From assembly GCA_964016885.1 (NCBI GenBank), contig OZ024756.1, positions 930,001-994,000 on the forward strand: a stretch of DNA of 64,000 nt, given 5' to 3'. Each line of letters opens with the position of its first letter. Position 1 is the first letter of the stretch. A program made the position numbers and the translations under genes. Below, one piece after another: positions 55,950 through 64,000 of this stretch. This stretch comes from Eledone cirrhosa. Its lineage: Eukaryota. The notes under the pieces were generated by a model. It was not told the DNA's origin. It did no database searches and saw nothing but the letters and a program-made list of their open reading frames with translations.

Positions 55950-58210
55950 CCTCACCATCACCACCACCAGCACCACAAACACCATCACCGCCACCAGCAC
56001 CATCATCACCATCACCACCACCACCACCATAACCACTACCACCTACATTATCACCACCAGCACCACAACCACCACCAGCACCACAACCACCACCACTACC
56101 ACCACCACCACCACTACCACCACCACAAACACCACCACCAGCACCACTACCACCACCACCACCACAACCACAAACACCACAAATGCCACCACCAGCACCA
56201 TCATCACCATCACCACCACCACCACCATAACCACTACCACCTACATTATCACCACCACCACCACTACTACTACCACCACCACCACCACCAACACAACCCA
56301 CATTACACCGCCACCAGCACCACCATCACCACCACCACCACCAACACCACCACTACCACCACCATCACCACCACCATCACCGCCACCACCACCACCACCA
56401 CCACTACTATCACCAGCACCACCATCACCATCACCGCCACCATCACCGCCACCATCACCACCACCACCACTACTATCACCAGCGCCACCATCACCATCAC
56501 CGCCACCACCACCACCACCACAACCACCACCACAACCACAAACACCACAAACATCACCGCCACCACAACCACCACCACCAACACCACCACCAACACCACC
56601 ACCACCACCACCATCACCACCACCATCACCGCCACCACCACCACCACCACCACTACTATCACCAGCACCACCATCACCATCACCGCTACCACCACAACCA
56701 CCATCACCACCACCACCACCACAACCACCACCACAACCACAAACACCACAAACATCACCGCTACCACCACCACCACCACAACCACCACCACCAACACCAC
56801 CACCACCACCATCACCACCACCATCACCGCCACCACCACCACCACCAGCACCACCACCACCACACCACCACCACCACAACCACCACCACCAACACCGTCA
56901 ATACCACCACCACCAGCACCACCACCACCACACCACCACCACCACAACCACCACCACCAACACCGTCAATACCACCACCACCAGCACCACCACCATCATC
57001 ACCACCACCACAACCACCACCATTGTCTTACCAATGTCAATCTACAGATGCCAACCATTTTCCAATATGGACACCCCAGAGCGTAACAATTGTGACACGC
57101 CGTGTCAGAGCTCTTCCACCCTCACCCTCACCACCACCACCACCATTACCATCAACATCAACACCACGCCATCACCATCACCACCAACAACATTACCACC
57201 ACTACCACCACCACTACCATCAGTACGACGACGACGACGACGACGACCACCACCACCACCAACACCAACATCAACACCAACACCACACCATCACCACCAA
57301 CACCATCACAATCACCACACCAACACCAACACCACACCATATACCACCAACACCATCACAATCACCACACCAACACCAACACCAACACCACACCACACCA
57401 TATACCACCAACACCATCACAATCACCACACCAACACCAACACCACACCACACCATATACCACCAACACCATCACAATCACCACACCAACATCAACACCA
57501 CACCATCACAATCACCACACCAACACCAACACCAACACCACACCACACCATATACCACCATCACCACACAATCACCACACCAACACCAACACCACACCAT
57601 ATACCACCATCACCACACAATCACCACACCAACACCAACACCACACCATATACCACCATCACCACACAATCACCACACCAACACCAACACCACACCATAT
57701 ACTACCAACACCACCACAATCACCACACCAACACCAACACCACACCATATACCACCATCACCACACTATCACCACACCAACACCACACCATATACCACCA
57801 TCACCACACAATCACCACACCAACATCAACACCACACCATATACTACCAACACCACCACAATCACCACACCAACACCAACACCACACCATATACCACCAT
57901 CACCACACTATCACCACACCAACACCACACCATATACCACCAACACCATCACAATCACCACACCAACACCACACCAACACCACACCACACCATATACCAC
58001 CATCACCACACAATCACCACACCAACATCAACACCATATACCACCATCACCACACTATCACCACACCAACACCACACCATATACCACCAACACCATCACA
58101 ATCACCACACCAACACCAACACCACACCATATACCACCAACACCATCACAATCACCACACCAACACCAACACCACACCATATACCACCAACACCATCACA
58201 ATCACCATAC
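55950..58210. repeat. CAC/ACC-rich microsatellite and minisatellite block
   Basis: Direct inspection. Confidence 0.92.
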
Positions 58211-59149
58211 AAATTCTAGTTTATTTTCGAAATATTTCCTTACCCCGGTCGGTGACCTCAGACGTCCTCGAACCCTATATAGCAGCCGAGCTTCTCTGTA
58301 AAATCGTAGCGACAGCAGCCCGTCTGAGTAAGGAGTCACACGAGATGTGAGTGGCCGATGCAGCGGGTGTCGCTGGTCATTGTCCGCAGAAATGCCTTTG
58401 CCTTTTTGTCCACAGGACGCAGCCGAAACTCCACTCTGACCAAGGTGTAGGGTGTGTCAACCTCTGCCCTCGCCTCCCTTTCTTCTATTGCCTAATAGCC
58501 CTTGCTCTTGCCCTTCTTTTCCTTTCATAGCTTTTATAGTCCTTTCCTCTACATACCTCTACAGCCAGATCAGCCCTTCTTTACCCCTTTCCCTTGTTTT
58601 TCATTACTTCATTTTGTTTTAATCCTTTTTTTAAATAATATCCAACATTGTATAATCTTTTTCAATTATTTTATAAAGTTCAGGGTTTCGTTGAAGAGGA
58701 AACCCTAAACTTTTCTAAATTATTTGAATATCACAGACCTAGAAATATAACAAGGCAAGGGTTAAAAGTGAAGGTTTTCTCACTGGTCGTGTGTGTTTGT
58801 ATTAGCGGAGTTTATAAACGTACGGCTAAGCTGCCAGCAACTCTATTTATTTAGGGGGTCTTTATCTACTTTTAAAAGGGGAATTCACGTTTAAAAGTAA
58901 GGAGATGCCAACGGGTAAAAAGAAACAAAAAACAACAACAACACGGGGTCCCTGTTGACCCTGAAAAAACAAAACTAACAAAAAACAAAACAAAACAAAA
59001 CAAACATAAAATAACAACAATAACCCCTCCCCCCTAATAAAGATGGAAAGACAGAGAGATATGTAGTGGGACCTCACAGCGTTGCAGATTCTACATTGAT
59101 TTCAAAGGTATTGCTAACCACACGGAACGTTCCTGTTATGTATGATAGC

Positions 59150-60660
<1,511 letters not shown>

Positions 60661-60814
60661 TATACACTCTAGCCAGTATTAAACGTTAGAGAGAACATTC
60701 TAGTGTTTGATTGTCAATTGTGTTTTCTTTAGATTTCCAGAATGTTGGAATGTCCTCAAAAAACCAACATGGCGTCTTTCACCTATTATTATGGCGGTCT
60801 AATCTCGTCTATAT

Positions 60815-61337
60815 CTTTGTTGTTGCTGTTGTTGTTGGTGTTGTTGTTGGTGCTGTTATTGTTGTTATTGTTGTTGGTGTTGTTATTGTTGTTGGTGTTG
60901 CTGTTGTTGGTGTTGTTGTTATTGTTGTTGGTGTTGTTGTTGTTGTTATTGTTGCTGTTGTTGCTGTTGTTGTTGTTGTTGGTGTTGTTGATGTTATTGT
61001 TGTTGGTGTTGTTGTTATTGTTGTTGGTGTTGTTGTTGTTATTGTTGCTGTTGTTGTTGGTGCTGTTATTGCTGCTGTTGTTGTTGGTGTTGTTGTTGGT
61101 GTTGTTGTTATTGTTGTTGGTGTTGTTGTTGTTGGTGTTGTTATTGTCGTTATTGTTGCTGTTATTGTTGGTGTTGTTATTGTTGTTGGTGTTGTTGTTG
61201 TTGTTATTGTTGCTGTTGTTGTTGGTGTTGTTATTGTTGTTGGTGTTGTTGTTGCTGTTATTGCTGCTGTTGTTGTTATTGCTGCTGTTGTTGTTGGTGC
61301 TGTTATTGGTGTTGGTGATGGTGTTGTTGTTGTTGTT

Positions 61338-61379
<42 letters not shown>

Positions 61380-61571
61380 GGTGCTGCTGTTGTTGTTGTT
61401 GTTATTGCTGCTGTTATTGTTGTTGGTGTTGGTGTTGTTGTTGTTACTGTTGTTGCTGCTGTTGTTGTTGGTGTTATTTTTGTTGTTGCTGTTATTGCTG
61501 CTGTTGTTGTTATTGCTGCTGTTGTTGTTGGTGCTGTTATTGGTGTTGGTGATGGTGTTGTTGTTGTTGTT

Positions 61572-61604
<33 letters not shown>

Positions 61605-61985
61605 GGTGCTGCTGTTGTTGTTGTTGTTGTTGTTATTGGTGTTGTTGTTGTTATTGGTGTTGTTGCTGTTGTTGTTGGTGCTGTTGTTGGTGTTGTTGTT
61701 GTTGGTGTTGTTATTGGTGTTGTTGTTGTTATTGGTGTTGTTGCTGTTGTTGTTGGTGCTGTTGTTGGTGTTGGTGTTGTTGTTATTGTTATTGGTGTTG
61801 CTGATGTTGGTGTTATTGTTGTTGTTGGTGTTATTGCTGCTGTTGTTGTTGGTGTTATTGTTGTTGCTGTTATTGTTGTTGTCTTTATTGTTGTTGCTGT
61901 TATTGTTGTTATTGCTGTTGCTGACGACGTTATTGCTGTTATTGTTGTTGTCTTTATTGTTGTTGTAATGGTAGTGATATTGTTG
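60815..61985. repeat. (GTT/GGT/GCT/ATT)n triplet microsatellite
   Basis: Direct inspection. Confidence 0.95.
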
Positions 61986-62635
61986 CTGGTTGAATGAGGA
62001 GTTGTGACTGTGCTGATAGTATCTTCTCAGTCGATGATACTTACGTTGTTGTTGTTGTTTAACCCCAGGTCTACACTGATCGAGCAGACACCTGTTCAAA
62101 GACATTCTAGTCATGACCACCCCATCCTGTTAGGTGTAAGGACAACATTGTTTAATCTGTCTTGTCCTGATATAAGTGAGTTAGGTGTGATTGAGGGAGA
62201 CTTGGCTGCTATGTTTAGTAGGTCAAGTGACTGCCTTGAAGCTACTGTGTCGGCTTGGTATGTGTGTGAGGTCGTGGGGCGATCTACAAATGTTGCTGTT
62301 GTTGCTGTTGTTACAAACAGTTTTAAGGATGTAAATAAACAACATTTCGAAAATATGGGAGGCTTTGGTAGACTTGAAATTCTTTAGAAAATCTAGAAAT
62401 CCCAAATATAGAAAATAGCAGTAACCAGAGTCGATTTCTATAAATAATAGTTTAGAATACCGGCTAAAATACCCTTAGAGACGGAAATAAACGTACAATA
62501 GCAGCTACGTAGTATGGAACTCCATACCTCTCGAATTCTGGTGGACCGCTACAAAATATTGAGCTAAACGACTTCTGATAGCTTTCTATTTAAGACGTAA
62601 GTTGCTAAGCGAACCGCTTGGATACAACATTTATA

Positions 62636-62784
62636 CAGGTAAAATCCGTTATAACGAATACCATTATAACGAATATTTTCAATTCCCGGTAACACGCTCG
62701 ATGTGTTATGTCGATCTCGTTGTAAAGAATTTTTCGTTACAATAAATTTTTTATACCCCGTGAATTTCGTTATACCGGAATTTT

Positions 62785-62788
<4 letters not shown>
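62636..62788. mobile_element. Tigger/pogo-like MITE
   Basis: Imperfect TIRs CAGGTAAAATCCGTTATAACGAA / TTCGTTATACCGGAATTTTCCTA, flanked by TA. Confidence 0.62.
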
Positions 62789-62833
<45 letters not shown>

Positions 62834-62841
<8 letters not shown>

Positions 62842-63261
62842 AGATCAAAAGATGGTTAAAGGAGTTCCATATATTTTATTATGCGCATTTCAAAAACAAA
62901 CATCATCAAGCAATAATATTTGTGTTTTCATCAGATAAAACAGGAGAACATGATATGAAGGCTAAAAAACACTTGTTGATAGTGCAGTTTTAAATCAACA
63001 TATGATATGTTGATTTAAAACTGCACTATCAACAAGTGTTTTTTAGCCTTCATATCATGTTCTCCTGTTTTATCTGATGAAAACACAAATATTATTGCTT
63101 GATGATGTTTGTTTTTGAAATGCGCATAATAAAATATATGGAACTCCTTTAACCATCTTTTGATCTTATATTATGCATACTCCAGTCCCACAAACTGTAG
63201 AGTGCTTCTTATCCGATATCTGCATTGCTTTATTGTACTACAATAAAACTCACCTCCTACA
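62834..63261. mobile_element. ~340-bp palindrome with two opposed hammerheads (62874-62940 minus, 63068-63134 plus) and 3' extension
   Basis: Same family as 42620-43017. The arms appear identical to each other. Flanked by (TA)n. Confidence 0.88.
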
Positions 63262-63413
63262 TATATATATATATATATGGTTGAAACATACGAAAACTAC
63301 ACACATCTAAAGAGAGAGAGAGAGATAGAGATAGATAGATAGAGAGGGAGAGACAGAAAGAGAGAGAGATAGACCGTTATACAGAGAGAGATACAGTTCA
63401 AGTTTTAGATATT

Positions 63414-63459
<46 letters not shown>

Positions 63460-63979
63460 AAGAGAGAGAGAGGGAGAGAGAGAGTAACGTCCTACGAAAG
63501 TCTAGAAACGGCTTAAACTATAGATCCTTTGATCTATAGGAAGGTTTAACAATATTGCGTTCGCTTTTATACAGTCGTTTTACAACCTTTGATTTTACAG
63601 ACCAAAGGAAAAGTGATACTATTTAAAATTAATCTACCCTCCAGCTTTTATCCATATACTACTTACAGTCCGTAATAACGAAGCTAAACACTTCAGAAGC
63701 AATGTTATGTGGTATATTGCTGTGTTTCAGATGACGTCCTTTGAAGCTGAAAAAGATCATACTGACTATGGTTATTTTACAACATTTAAAATCCAAGGCC
63801 AATCATACCATTTAATCGGCAGTTTATTCCCCCAGCCTAATAAGGAAGTTGTATGATTGGTTTTTTTTCATGTCTCTCTTACACACACTCACATTCACAC
63901 ACACATTATGGTCTAACCTTATACCAGACAACACATCCAATACAGTCGTTTTCTCTTTTATCCATCTTTTCTTAACTAT

Positions 63980-64000
63980 TTTCCCGGGCGAAGCCGGGTA
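63980..64000 (+). mobile_element. Probable Helitron 3' hairpin cut by the window end
   Basis: TTTCCCGGGCGAAGCCGGGTA parallels TTTCCCGAGCAACGCCGGGTA at 26992-27012. Confidence 0.5.

Noticed and set aside
55812-58350. Pro/Thr/His-rich extensin- or mucin-like ORFs
   Set aside because: Overlapping ORFs occur in all frames of CAC repeats and no domain is recognisable.

Overview
Eukaryotic, AT-rich, microsatellite-saturated DNA. The repeat repertoire suggests an octopus-like cephalopod genome, which is an inference only. No host protein-coding gene can be supported, and nearly all ORFs in the track are microsatellite translations. The window holds large minisatellite arrays (70 bp at 1-4.8 kb, 33 bp at 18-23.8 kb), tRNA-derived SINEs and a head-to-tail stack of RTE-derived elements ending in (TATG)n (7.5-13.3 kb). 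It also holds decayed RTE and other LINE fragments, a non-autonomous Helitron, Tc1/pogo-type relics, and a decayed near-full-length Penelope-like element (RT + GIY-YIG, pLTRs, inverted 3' copy; 47.6-53.4 kb). Two signals stand out. (1) A SINE hairpin at 12872-13125 carries about 30 clustered A-to-G changes on the same strand in both arms, as expected if an ADAR hyper-edited RNA was reverse-transcribed back into the genome. (2) Roughly 28 type I hammerhead ribozyme motifs (intact, variant or decayed) occur, mostly in palindromic modules embedded in (TA)n, sharing a covarying 3' hairpin. All alignments and folds were done by eye.
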